Assembly: GCA_018698675.1 (NCBI GenBank)
Contig: JABIPA010000023.1
Span: 37,409-101,408, forward strand
Length of the DNA: 64,000 nt
From: a bacterium
Lineage (GTDB): Bacteria > Margulisbacteria > Marinamargulisbacteria > JABIPA01
Reading direction: 5' to 3'
Each line of letters starts with the position of its first letter. The stretch's first letter is position 1. Made by a program: the position numbers and the translations under genes. Below are positions 29,996-39,438 of this stretch, piece by piece. The notes beneath the pieces are model-generated. The model was not told the DNA's origin and made no database searches. It saw only the letters and a list, made by a program, of their open reading frames with translations.

Positions 29996-32488
29996 ATGAA
30001 CGTATCCTTAGATCTAGAATTAAAAGCAAGAAATACCTTTCAAAATCGAATTGCAGACGTTTTCAATCCTGATAACGAACGTTTTAAAAGTATAGAGTTA
30101 AAACAATTAGAATTAGAATGCGAAAAGGTTTTAGACAAACATGAAATTAGTCTCGAAAATAGACTTTTTTATTCCGAATCATTAAAAATGATAAAATCGT
30201 CACTTTTTACAATTGATACCATTGATGTGTCTCCGAAACAAAGTGCTGAGATGACACCGGAGAAACAAAATGACTTAAACAATAAAGTTATTTCGTATTT
30301 TGACAATGTTGTGGATTATTCAGAGTCTGTGAGAGAAAAGGCAGGCATATATTCTTCACCTTTACCTACTTCAAGGAATTATTCTGCAAGGGAACTACCT
30401 AGTTCAATGCCTATTTCGAAAACAAAAAACGACGATGTTTTTACAAAAAGAACGTCTATGGACAAGGCGAAAAATGATCTATTTTCAAATTTGCCTAAAT
30501 CGATAGAGAGACAAATTAAAGATAAGATTGAATTTGTACATCAATCAGTTATAGATAGTACGAATCGAATTAAGTCATCCGTGCAACGAGTTCCCTACAA
30601 AAGTACTTATTTCCCGGCTATGAAACAAATGTTTGGTAATGATTCGTCTTATCTTCCTTCGTCAAGGAACCAGAGTAAAAAAGGTGGGATTAGGTATATT
30701 GATGGGGCAGCTCCTTTTGTATTTAGAAAACCTGTCCCAGCGGTAATGGATGCAGGATATGACTTAGAGTCGGACGATGAATCAAACGTTACATTTAGTT
30801 CATCTGGAAGAAGAACTTTCGATGATGATATGACAGGTTTTACTGCCTTTACCGGTTTTGATTCGGGTAATTCCGCACATAATCAAATTGGAAAAAGAAG
30901 TCCTCAAGATATGGGGGAAAATTGGATGTATGGGCCCGGCCTGAATGGTTCAAATACTTTGGAAGAAACATTTAACCATACCGTACCCTATGAGACGGTA
31001 TATGGAGAGTCGTCGGTCTTCTCTTCAGGCCTTCAAGTAGAGCGGCCAGTAAGAAATGGCTTAATTCAAAGACAGGACCATCAATCCGGTCATTCAAACC
31101 CGACTTCAGACGGGACGGATATTGCTATTGATAGAAGAAGCAGTACATCGCAGTTTGCTTTCGATGATAACGTTACAATCCGTCGTGGTAAGAAAAAGGC
31201 TGATACAGTGCTTACCGTAACGGGTGAAGGTGTTGCCAAAGAGACCGTTACTCTAATGAATCAATGGAATGATTTTAAAAATTCTGCAGCAGGGCTTAAG
31301 GCGAATTTTGGAAGGCATATCAAAAATGTTCTTTTTGATAAATTTTATCAACTGGAAGCTGAACGAGTAGGCGATGTTTTTACAGAAGCAAGAATTGTAG
31401 GCGATGGGGATTGTGGGTTTTGGGCAACGAATTGGACGAGACAGGATGCTCTTGATTTGTTTCGAGAAAATTCTAAAAACAGTGAAGTTAGAGAGAAAAT
31501 GGCACCTGAAATTGCAGGCGTTTTATTAGACCATAATAGTGATAAAGGATTACGTAGTTTATTGGCTAGGAAGACAGGTTACAACAGAGTTATACATGCG
31601 TCTGTTCGTATTGGGGAAGATATGAATGACTTGGCAAGTGCTGTAAAAGAACGTCTTTTGGAACTCGGCGGAGATGATGGACGCGTAAGAAATATTGAAT
31701 CGATAGCAGCAATTAACAAACAGTTTCTAGAAAAGTTGAATTTGAAAGATATATCAGAAAAAGATATCAATCAGATTTTAAAGGCTGCTGTAAAATTTAG
31801 AGAATTGACTACAAGTTACGATAAGTTATTTACTGATTTTGATATGAATACAGCGACATCTAGAGAAGATGTTTATTTAGCATATGTAAATAATTTTTAT
31901 GGAAAGGGAGGTTATTTGGCCGTCCCTGATAAATCCGCCAATGGGGACAAGGCGACATCAGGCGCAATTTCTATTTTGGCTGAGGCAAGAAATACTCCAG
32001 TTCGGGTTTGGAAAAAAGACCCAGAGGATCCAAATAATGTATTTTTACAATATCAAACTGGAGACATAACAAAGGGAAACCGAATGAATACCCTAGATAT
32101 TATTCATGGTGGGATACATTTTAACAAACTTGTACCTAATCAAGGTGGACTTGCTAGAAACTTAACAAGTACAATTGAAGATTGGAAAAAAACTGCTGGC
32201 CGTGCCGATATTTTTACAGTTCCTTTTAGAGCGATGAAAAAAACGTTGATGTTGACTAATGGGCCGGACAAGAACCCAGTCGTAAAAGAAAGGCCGTCTT
32301 TAAAACGACAGCCTGATCCTACTGTAGAAAAAGTGGCTACTAAGAAAAACTCTCCTACGGGAGTTCCCACTGTACCCGAAGCTGGATCTGCCACAAACAT
32401 AAGCGATAAATCTGAAAAAGAATTTAGCGCACAAAAAAAACAAAGTAACATGTTTATGCGCGTATATAACAGGTTTGTTAGATTATAG
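29996..32488 (+). CDS. Large effector-like protein with OTU-family cysteine protease (deubiquitinase-like) domain
   Basis: IVGDGDCGFWA Cys-loop (C473), AISILAEARNTPVRVW, LDIIHGGIHFNKL His-loop (H708, N710); long low-complexity N-terminal half and C-tail. Confidence 0.75.
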   Translation: MNVSLDLELKARNTFQNRIADVFNPDNERFKSIELKQLELECEKVLDKHEISLENRLFYSESLKMIKSSLFTIDTIDVSPKQSAEMTPEKQNDLNNKVISYFDNVVDYSESVREKAGIYSSPLPTSRNYSARELPSSMPISKTKNDDVFTKRTSMDKAKNDLFSNLPKSIERQIKDKIEFVHQSVIDSTNRIKSSVQRVPYKSTYFPAMKQMFGNDSSYLPSSRNQSKKGGIRYIDGAAPFVFRKPVPAVMDAGYDLESDDESNVTFSSSGRRTFDDDMTGFTAFTGFDSGNSAHNQIGKRSPQDMGENWMYGPGLNGSNTLEETFNHTVPYETVYGESSVFSSGLQVERPVRNGLIQRQDHQSGHSNPTSDGTDIAIDRRSSTSQFAFDDNVTIRRGKKKADTVLTVTGEGVAKETVTLMNQWNDFKNSAAGLKANFGRHIKNVLFDKFYQLEAERVGDVFTEARIVGDGDCGFWATNWTRQDALDLFRENSKNSEVREKMAPEIAGVLLDHNSDKGLRSLLARKTGYNRVIHASVRIGEDMNDLASAVKERLLELGGDDGRVRNIESIAAINKQFLEKLNLKDISEKDINQILKAAVKFRELTTSYDKLFTDFDMNTATSREDVYLAYVNNFYGKGGYLAVPDKSANGDKATSGAISILAEARNTPVRVWKKDPEDPNNVFLQYQTGDITKGNRMNTLDIIHGGIHFNKLVPNQGGLARNLTSTIEDWKKTAGRADIFTVPFRAMKKTLMLTNGPDKNPVVKERPSLKRQPDPTVEKVATKKNSPTGVPTVPEAGSATNISDKSEKEFSAQKKQSNMFMRVYNRFVRL

Positions 32489-32517
32489 ATTTGAAACTAT
32501 AAATAGTTTTAGGATGA

Positions 32518-32548
32518 AACCCTGCATTGGTACTGTCAATGCAGGGTT
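32518..32548 (+). terminator. Hairpin downstream of the OTU-like gene, probable intrinsic terminator
   Basis: Perfect 12-bp stem AACCCTGCATTG / CAATGCAGGGTT with a 7-nt loop, 30 nt after the stop; U-tract is weak. Confidence 0.65.
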
Positions 32549-32736
32549 CTCGCTCTCTAATAAAGTGACTCAAAACGAAATCTATTTTTCGATGTTAAAA
32601 TTGAATTTTTTCTTATTTCCTGGTTTTTGTTTCTTTAATTTTTCACAAAAATATGATAAAAAATCCCTATAATATTTGATTAAAAATAGAAGTTTTTCTG
32701 TAAATTAATTCAGAACGCGATATAAGGAGATTTTAA

Positions 32737-34590
32737 ATGACTAAAACAAAAGAAGAAATCAACGTAACCGGTGATATTAGTATTCATACACAAAATATCT
32801 TACCGATTATAAAAAAATGGCTATATTCAGAACAAGATATTTTTATTCGAGAATTGATGTCTAACGCATTTGATGCGATTAAGAAACTTAAGACAATTTC
32901 GGTAAAAGAGAGTCTAACTGACTTGCAACGTGATGGAAAAATAGATTTGATTCCTAACGAAAAGGAAAACACTCTTACAATAAAAGACAACGGTCTTGGA
33001 ATGACATCTGAAGAAATTCAAAAATATATCAATCAAATAGCCTTTTCTGGGGCAGAAGAATTTGTTGCTAAATATAAAGATAAAGAAGACGGAGAACAAA
33101 TAATTGGTCAGTTTGGACTAGGGTTCTATTCTGCGTTCATGGTATCCACTTTAGTTGAAATAAATACAAAGTCTTATAAAGAAGGTTCTCAGGCTGTTAA
33201 ATGGTCATGTGACGGGTCAACGTCTTTTTCTATAACAGAATCGGATAAAGAAGATGTTGGAACAGAGATTATTCTTCACTTATCAGATGACGCGAAAGAA
33301 TATTTAGCTGAAGAACGTTTGAAAAATCTGGTTGAACGATTTTCAAACTTTTTACCTGTCGATATTCAAGTTAACGGTAAAACAGCAAATAATCAAAACC
33401 CAATTTGGATCCAACAACCTTCAGAGTTAAAAGAAGAAGATTATAAAAAATTCTATAATGTTCTTTTTCCTTTTAAAGGGGACCCTTTGTTTTGGATTCA
33501 TTTGAATGTGGACTATCCATTTAACTTAAAAGGAATTCTATATTTTCCTAAATTAGCGCATGAATTGGACGGGAACAAAGGACAAGTGAAATTGTTCTGT
33601 CAGCAAGTATTTGTAACAGATAACGCAAAAGAAATTTTGCCTGAGTTTTTGACTCTTCTTCAAGGTGCAATTGATTGTCCAGAACTTCCTCTAAACGTTT
33701 CTAGAAGTTTTCTTCAACAAGATCCTTATGTTCAAAAGATTTCAAAGCATATTGTGAAAAAAGTAGCAGATAAACTTATCGAACTTCACAAAAATGAAAA
33801 AGAACAATTTGAGAAACATTGGGAAGATATCAATCCATTTATAAAATATGGAATGATGAATGATGATAGTTTTTATAAAAAAGTTGAAAATATTGTCCTA
33901 TTTCCATCTTCTTCAGGAAACTCAACGTCGTTGAAAGAGTACACGGAGAGAAATAAAGAAAAACTAGAAAATAAAGTTTTATATTGTGAAGACAAAGAAA
34001 AACAAGCGTCTTATGTCGCTATGTGTAAAGACCAAGGCTTAGAAGTTATATTCTTGAAAAATGTAATAGATGTACACTTTTTTCAATTTTTAGAATCTAA
34101 AAACAAAGACCTTAAATTTGTCGCGATTGATACAGAAGTTTCTGAACATTTAGTAGATGAAGATTCGGAGTCAAAAGCAGTCGACCCAGTTGATAACAAA
34201 ACAGAGTCAGATAAACTGAATGATATTTTTAAAGACGCATTAAATAATGATAAATTAAAAATTGAAGTGAAACATCTTAAGTCTGAAAAGATTTCCGGTA
34301 TGTTAATTGAAGCAGAACATGTTAAACGATTACGATCGATGAGTGCGATGATGCAAGGACAACAAATGCCTTCATTTGATGACTATACATTGGTTGTTAA
34401 TAGTAATCATTCGTTAGTTAAAAATATTTTGACCTTGAATCAAGCATTGGATCCAGAAGGTAAAGTGAAACCACTTTGTCAGCATGTGTATGACTTGGCA
34501 TCTTTGTCACAAAAACAATTGTCTGGAGAAGAACTTCAATCATTTATCGAACGATCAAATGAGCTATTGTCAGGATACTCGCAAAAGTAA
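32737..34590 (+). CDS. htpG: Molecular chaperone HtpG (Hsp90)
   Basis: LYSEQDIFIRELMSNA, DNGLGMT, IGQFGLGFYSAF, LPLNVSRS. Confidence 0.97.
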   Translation: MTKTKEEINVTGDISIHTQNILPIIKKWLYSEQDIFIRELMSNAFDAIKKLKTISVKESLTDLQRDGKIDLIPNEKENTLTIKDNGLGMTSEEIQKYINQIAFSGAEEFVAKYKDKEDGEQIIGQFGLGFYSAFMVSTLVEINTKSYKEGSQAVKWSCDGSTSFSITESDKEDVGTEIILHLSDDAKEYLAEERLKNLVERFSNFLPVDIQVNGKTANNQNPIWIQQPSELKEEDYKKFYNVLFPFKGDPLFWIHLNVDYPFNLKGILYFPKLAHELDGNKGQVKLFCQQVFVTDNAKEILPEFLTLLQGAIDCPELPLNVSRSFLQQDPYVQKISKHIVKKVADKLIELHKNEKEQFEKHWEDINPFIKYGMMNDDSFYKKVENIVLFPSSSGNSTSLKEYTERNKEKLENKVLYCEDKEKQASYVAMCKDQGLEVIFLKNVIDVHFFQFLESKNKDLKFVAIDTEVSEHLVDEDSESKAVDPVDNKTESDKLNDIFKDALNNDKLKIEVKHLKSEKISGMLIEAEHVKRLRSMSAMMQGQQMPSFDDYTLVVNSNHSLVKNILTLNQALDPEGKVKPLCQHVYDLASLSQKQLSGEELQSFIERSNELLSGYSQK

Positions 34591-35210
34591 TGATTCGTGA
34601 CATTCTGATTAAGCAATTTAAGAAACACTTTTTTATACTTTATCAAGAGAAGTATAAAAATGATGTTTCTAATATAAGCTTAGAACGTTTTGTAGCAAAA
34701 CACCCATTGTTGAAGCCAGAACTTATTGTCGTAAATGACGAAGTTCATGGCTTTAAGCAGTTGGGTAAGAATGTCCTTTCACTAGAGAACTATCCAATAT
34801 ACTTTGAAGTCGAGTATGTGGATGATGAAGATGGTGACCGATACGTAGATTCTGTAGATTTATACGCAGAGGCTGCAATAAAGTCTCCAGAGAACATGAA
34901 AGAAGTCTTTCATTTATCTAATGAATATCAGAAGACGGTTACATTCGAGCGTGTAAAGAGAATTAGTGATCCAAAAGTAGAATCTATACTTATGTACTCA
35001 AAGCTAAGTAGTCAGTTTTCTGAAGGGTACTTAGATGAAGACCTTAAAGAGGGTATTGTCTCTAAAGAAGAATTGGAACTATTAGTTGAAGTTCATATGG
35101 TGAGCTTGGTTAATGCAATTAAAATTTTGGACGATGTACTTGTTAAAGGGAAAAGTGTCGCTCAGTCAAAACTCAAGAATCTGGGCCAAAAAACAGACTT
35201 CGACTTTTAG
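34590..35210 (+). CDS. Hypothetical acidic protein, translationally coupled to htpG
   Basis: TAATG stop/start overlap with htpG; no motif recognised. Confidence 0.7.
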   Translation: MIRDILIKQFKKHFFILYQEKYKNDVSNISLERFVAKHPLLKPELIVVNDEVHGFKQLGKNVLSLENYPIYFEVEYVDDEDGDRYVDSVDLYAEAAIKSPENMKEVFHLSNEYQKTVTFERVKRISDPKVESILMYSKLSSQFSEGYLDEDLKEGIVSKEELELLVEVHMVSLVNAIKILDDVLVKGKSVAQSKLKNLGQKTDFDF

Positions 35211-35312
35211 GCAATTCTAAAATTGTCCATTTTGAACGTCCTGTTTCGCTTACATATTTTTATATGCTTCGCTCTACTGGACGCCCAAACTGAACGATTT
35301 TTGAACTGCCTA
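35208..35312. mobile_element. About 105-bp imperfect palindromic element (MITE/REP-like)
   Basis: 34-nt inverted arms TAGGCAATTCTAAAATTGTCC... / ...GAACGATTTTTGAACTGCCTA match at 27/34 positions; TA at both ends; internal CATAT-tttt-ATATG hairpin. Confidence 0.6.
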
Positions 35313-35414
35313 CGGCTAGAGTTTTTTTTGTTTTCTCGCCTCGCTTGCGCTTTGGGGTAAATGGAATTTTTTTTTGTAGATTGTTTGAATTTTTGTTCTT
35401 GAAGGGATAGTTAT

Positions 35415-36443
35415 ATGTCTAGAAATTTGGTTTCATATGTTGAGGGGGCTTTGGAGTCTCTTTCTAAAGGGATTTCTCTATCTGAAAAGGATTCTTTTTT
35501 GGTTTTATCTGAGATATTTTGTGGGAAAACGTCTCATGAAAATGTCTTATCTCTTCTTCGTTTAATTAATCAAACAGGAATTACGCATGACGAAGTGGTT
35601 GGTTTTGCTCTTGCTATGCGAAAAGGAATGTCGGCTATCGATATTGGAGAAAACGCGGTGGATACCTGTGGGACTGGCGGTTCTGGATTGGAACGGTTTA
35701 ATATCTCAACGGCTTCTGCTTTCGTTGTTAGTGCATGTGGTATCCCTGTTGCTAAGCATGGTAATCATGGATCCTCGAAACCCAATGGTAGTTTCGATTT
35801 TTTAAAAAGTTTGGGAGTCAATTTCGAACTTTCTCCGCAAAATGTGAAACGTATTTTTGATGAAACAAAATTATGTTTTTTATATGCCCGTTCCCATCAT
35901 CCTGCTGTTCGATTTGTTGGGCCAGCTCGTAAAGAGATAGGGGAGAGAACTATTTTTAATTTACTGGGTCCTCTTTGTAATCCGGCTCAAGCGAAGTATC
36001 AAGTTATAGGAACTACTTCTGAGCAACAGGCTCTGTTATTGGCAAGGTCTCTTCAAAAACTGGGGACAAAGAGAAGCTTGGTGGTGTGTGGAGGAGATGG
36101 CGTTGATGAATTTTCAATAGGTAATCCTTCTGAGTATTACGACGTATCTAAAAATGCTATTGATAAAAAAATATGGGATCCTTCAGTTCTTAATCTATGT
36201 TTAGAATCCAATCTTGAAATAGGAGATGGGGCTACTAATGCAGCATCTTTTAAGATTCTTTTAAATGATAAAGGTGATGATAAAATTATTCATTTAATAT
36301 CAATCAATGCGGGTGCTGCTATTTATTGCACTGGTAATGCAAATTCAATTGAAGATGGATACAATATGGCGATACAGTGTTTTCAATCAGGACTTGTTCA
36401 AAAACAAGTTGAAAGATTTATAAGTTTATCAAATTCGCTTTAA
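35415..36443 (+). CDS. trpD: Anthranilate phosphoribosyltransferase
   Basis: VDTCGTGG, FNIST, VAKHGN, HPA, RTIFNLLGPLCNP, DGVDE. Confidence 0.95.
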   Translation: MSRNLVSYVEGALESLSKGISLSEKDSFLVLSEIFCGKTSHENVLSLLRLINQTGITHDEVVGFALAMRKGMSAIDIGENAVDTCGTGGSGLERFNISTASAFVVSACGIPVAKHGNHGSSKPNGSFDFLKSLGVNFELSPQNVKRIFDETKLCFLYARSHHPAVRFVGPARKEIGERTIFNLLGPLCNPAQAKYQVIGTTSEQQALLLARSLQKLGTKRSLVVCGGDGVDEFSIGNPSEYYDVSKNAIDKKIWDPSVLNLCLESNLEIGDGATNAASFKILLNDKGDDKIIHLISINAGAAIYCTGNANSIEDGYNMAIQCFQSGLVQKQVERFISLSNSL

Positions 36444-36540
36444 TGGTATGACGTTTGAAATCACCCAATCCTCATGGTTTATGGATTAGATGATTGTATT
36501 ATTTGTTTTTCGTTTTATGAGATATTGAAAATAAGTCGAA

Positions 36541-39438
36541 TTAGCCCAATATTTGCCGTTGTGCCAAATTATAAAATTTTCCCGATTTATCAGATATCAA
36601 TTCGTCATAGGTACCTTCCTGAACAACTTTTCCTTTATCCAAAACAATTATTCTATCCGCATGTTTTATCGTTGTAATTCGATGAGCAACAACAATTCGT
36701 GTAGCATTTAATTTCTCTATATCTTCCGTGATTTGTGATTGGGAATAGTTATCGAGTGAGCTGGTCGCTTCGTCAAATAATAGTACTCTTGGTTTCGATA
36801 CTATAGCTTTTGCAATGAATAGACGCTGTTTCTGTCCAGAAGAAAAGGTGGACCCACCTTCTGTAATAACGGTATTCATTCCCATCGGTAGGTTAGTAAT
36901 ATCATCAGAAATATTAGAATTTTTTGCTGCATCCCAAGCGTCTTCCAATGTTTGGGATGATGCTCCGATAATATTGGATAAAATGTTACCTGGTAAGAGA
37001 TTTGATTCTTGAAGAACGGTTCCAATTTGACGACGTAAGAGTTGTTTGTTTACTTTTTCCAGATGCATTTTATCTAAATAGATACTTCCACTGTTTGGTT
37101 TGAGAAAGCCAAGTATAAGCTTAAGTATCGTCGATTTTCCAGAACCTGATTCTCCGACAATACCAATGAATTCACCACTTTTTATATGAAAAGAAACATT
37201 GTCTAATATGTAGGAAGGCTCATTAGAATTATACTTAAATTTTATCGTACTAAATTCGATATTACCGTGTAATTCACCTGGATTAGATAGGCCAAACGAA
37301 TGCTCTGGTTTATGTTTAGCTAATTCTAATGTTTGATTGAGTGCGGGGAAAAGTTCGTAAATATCGACTAAATGCATTCCCATTTCAGTTATACTATTTG
37401 TAAATTGAAATAAAGCAAAATAGAACCCAATAAATACTCCAGCAGACACTTTATGATCGAAATAGGAAACCATGAAAAATAACAAAATGACCGATAGTGT
37501 CGAAAAAAGAATTCCCTGAATTTTAACTAAAGATTTTAAATCAGTAATCCCCTTTTCCTTTTTTAAATAGTTTCCGTAAGCGGATGCCCATATATAATAA
37601 AATCTATTTTCACTAAAAGATGTTTTTATTTTTTTTATTCCTGACATAATTTGAATTAATAGACCGGAGAATGAATTTTTGTCTTTATAGAATTTTTCAA
37701 CTGACGAAAAATTAAGTATTACAATACTGGTTGTGAGTGCTCCAAAAAACATAAAAGAGAATAATATAATAGACGCTAATTTTGAATCTAGAATATATAG
37801 GGGGATGAAGCAAAGTGTTGTACTAAATATGCTCAATAAAACATGAACGCTTGGACCCGAAAGCTTTTTTCGAAGTAGTTGAAAATTTAGAGCAAGACTC
37901 GATATCTCGCCAGCCGTACGTTTACGAATTATATATAAAGGTAAGCTCAAAATTCGATCCCATACTTTGGATTGAGCATTGTATTCTATACTCGAAATAA
38001 TTTGCATAGATACTAAATTCCGGGCGTAAGAAAATAAAAAGTTAAGAACCCCTACAACGAGCAAAAGAGCGCCTAACTGATAAAGAAAAAAGTGATGTTG
38101 ATTTGGAATGACAAAATCAAACGTAAAGGCCAGAAGTATAGGAGGAATTGCAAATGTAAATCCCGACAAAGCAATTAATAAAAATAACTTGATTAACGCA
38201 AACTTTTGAAAAGATAGCGAAGACTTAATTAAGAATTTCCAATCAAACTTGATGTCGGATGTGGGAGGAAAAAACATGTAAGCATAAGGCATAATCACTT
38301 TACTAACATCTTCATCAATATCAAGAGACACATTGCGTACAAAGTCCTTCAAAACTAAGTGTTTCGATCCTGTACGTTTAAATAACGCTACTGGACGGTT
38401 ATTCTTTTTAAGGAATCCTAATAACGGGTATGAGGTATTCTTCCACCAATTTTTTCTGAGTAAGACCAATCGAGTTTTGACATGGGATAAATTGATTGTT
38501 GTTAAAAAATCAGATTGAGAATTTTCAAGGGAGTCCGTAGCCGTAGATATTTTAAAACCTTGAGCTGTTCCTAATGTCTTTAATACTTTGTGCAATGGGT
38601 CCGATGATCGGAATGGAAATAACGACTTTTTTTGATTTTTGTTCACATTAGATAGAAGTGTATGAATCCCTTTTCTAAGAAAACTATACCGATTTTTTTG
38701 CCTATGCTTTAGTTCATTTAGTTCATCGATATTTAGTAGACTTTGATTCATCATATCGCAATTGAAAAGGAGCTGATAGAAACTAAAAAGACTAGGCCAA
38801 AGTTCTTTACTTTCGATTAATTCTGTTGTGCTTGAGGTATGTATTTCAGAAGAAACGACTGCTTGTAACCAGCTGTCTTTAGATAATGGAACATATAGCC
38901 TACTAGATTTTCTAATATCCTCTAATCCCAGATATACGAGTTGCCCTTCATTAAGCTTAACCCACATCACGGATTGATGGGTTCCTAAGATTTCTCCATT
39001 TTGTAGGGAACAATTGGTTTTGGTATCTAGCATTATATCCTTTTTTGGTTTCGGGAAAATAGACTTTGATAGTCCAGAACTTAGTTTCTCTATCCAAGTA
39101 GATACGAGACGACTTGATTCAATTTTATATGTTTCGGACAGTTGTTCAAATTGCTCAAATGTTAATTTTATGAGTGAAGAGGGTTGGTTTGGTCGCAATA
39201 TAAACTGTCGGATAAGATCGTCCTCTGGAAAGCCGATAACTATCATGTCTTGTTCGATTGTAAAATAGAAGTATCTTTTAACTAAGCCTTTTTCTTTTGA
39301 CGTGGAAAATAGATCGAGCTTTCCCTTTTTTACAAAATAGACGTGACGATCTTCGTTAATTGAGCATTCGTTATTAAAGTTAACGTCGACCCGATTGCCT
39401 ACCATCTCTAATTCATTTATAAATTCCTTACTTATCAT
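36541..39438 (-). CDS. NHLP bacteriocin export ABC transporter permease/ATPase subunit with N-terminal cNMP-binding-like region
   Basis: YFVKKGKLDLF N-domain, TRLVLLRKNWW, ABC membrane domain, GESGSGKST, FSSGQKQRL, FDEATSSLD; third gene of the NHLP trio. Confidence 0.88.
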   Translation of the reverse strand: MISKEFINELEMVGNRVDVNFNNECSINEDRHVYFVKKGKLDLFSTSKEKGLVKRYFYFTIEQDMIVIGFPEDDLIRQFILRPNQPSSLIKLTFEQFEQLSETYKIESSRLVSTWIEKLSSGLSKSIFPKPKKDIMLDTKTNCSLQNGEILGTHQSVMWVKLNEGQLVYLGLEDIRKSSRLYVPLSKDSWLQAVVSSEIHTSSTTELIESKELWPSLFSFYQLLFNCDMMNQSLLNIDELNELKHRQKNRYSFLRKGIHTLLSNVNKNQKKSLFPFRSSDPLHKVLKTLGTAQGFKISTATDSLENSQSDFLTTINLSHVKTRLVLLRKNWWKNTSYPLLGFLKKNNRPVALFKRTGSKHLVLKDFVRNVSLDIDEDVSKVIMPYAYMFFPPTSDIKFDWKFLIKSSLSFQKFALIKLFLLIALSGFTFAIPPILLAFTFDFVIPNQHHFFLYQLGALLLVVGVLNFLFSYARNLVSMQIISSIEYNAQSKVWDRILSLPLYIIRKRTAGEISSLALNFQLLRKKLSGPSVHVLLSIFSTTLCFIPLYILDSKLASIILFSFMFFGALTTSIVILNFSSVEKFYKDKNSFSGLLIQIMSGIKKIKTSFSENRFYYIWASAYGNYLKKEKGITDLKSLVKIQGILFSTLSVILLFFMVSYFDHKVSAGVFIGFYFALFQFTNSITEMGMHLVDIYELFPALNQTLELAKHKPEHSFGLSNPGELHGNIEFSTIKFKYNSNEPSYILDNVSFHIKSGEFIGIVGESGSGKSTILKLILGFLKPNSGSIYLDKMHLEKVNKQLLRRQIGTVLQESNLLPGNILSNIIGASSQTLEDAWDAAKNSNISDDITNLPMGMNTVITEGGSTFSSGQKQRLFIAKAIVSKPRVLLFDEATSSLDNYSQSQITEDIEKLNATRIVVAHRITTIKHADRIIVLDKGKVVQEGTYDELISDKSGKFYNLAQRQILG

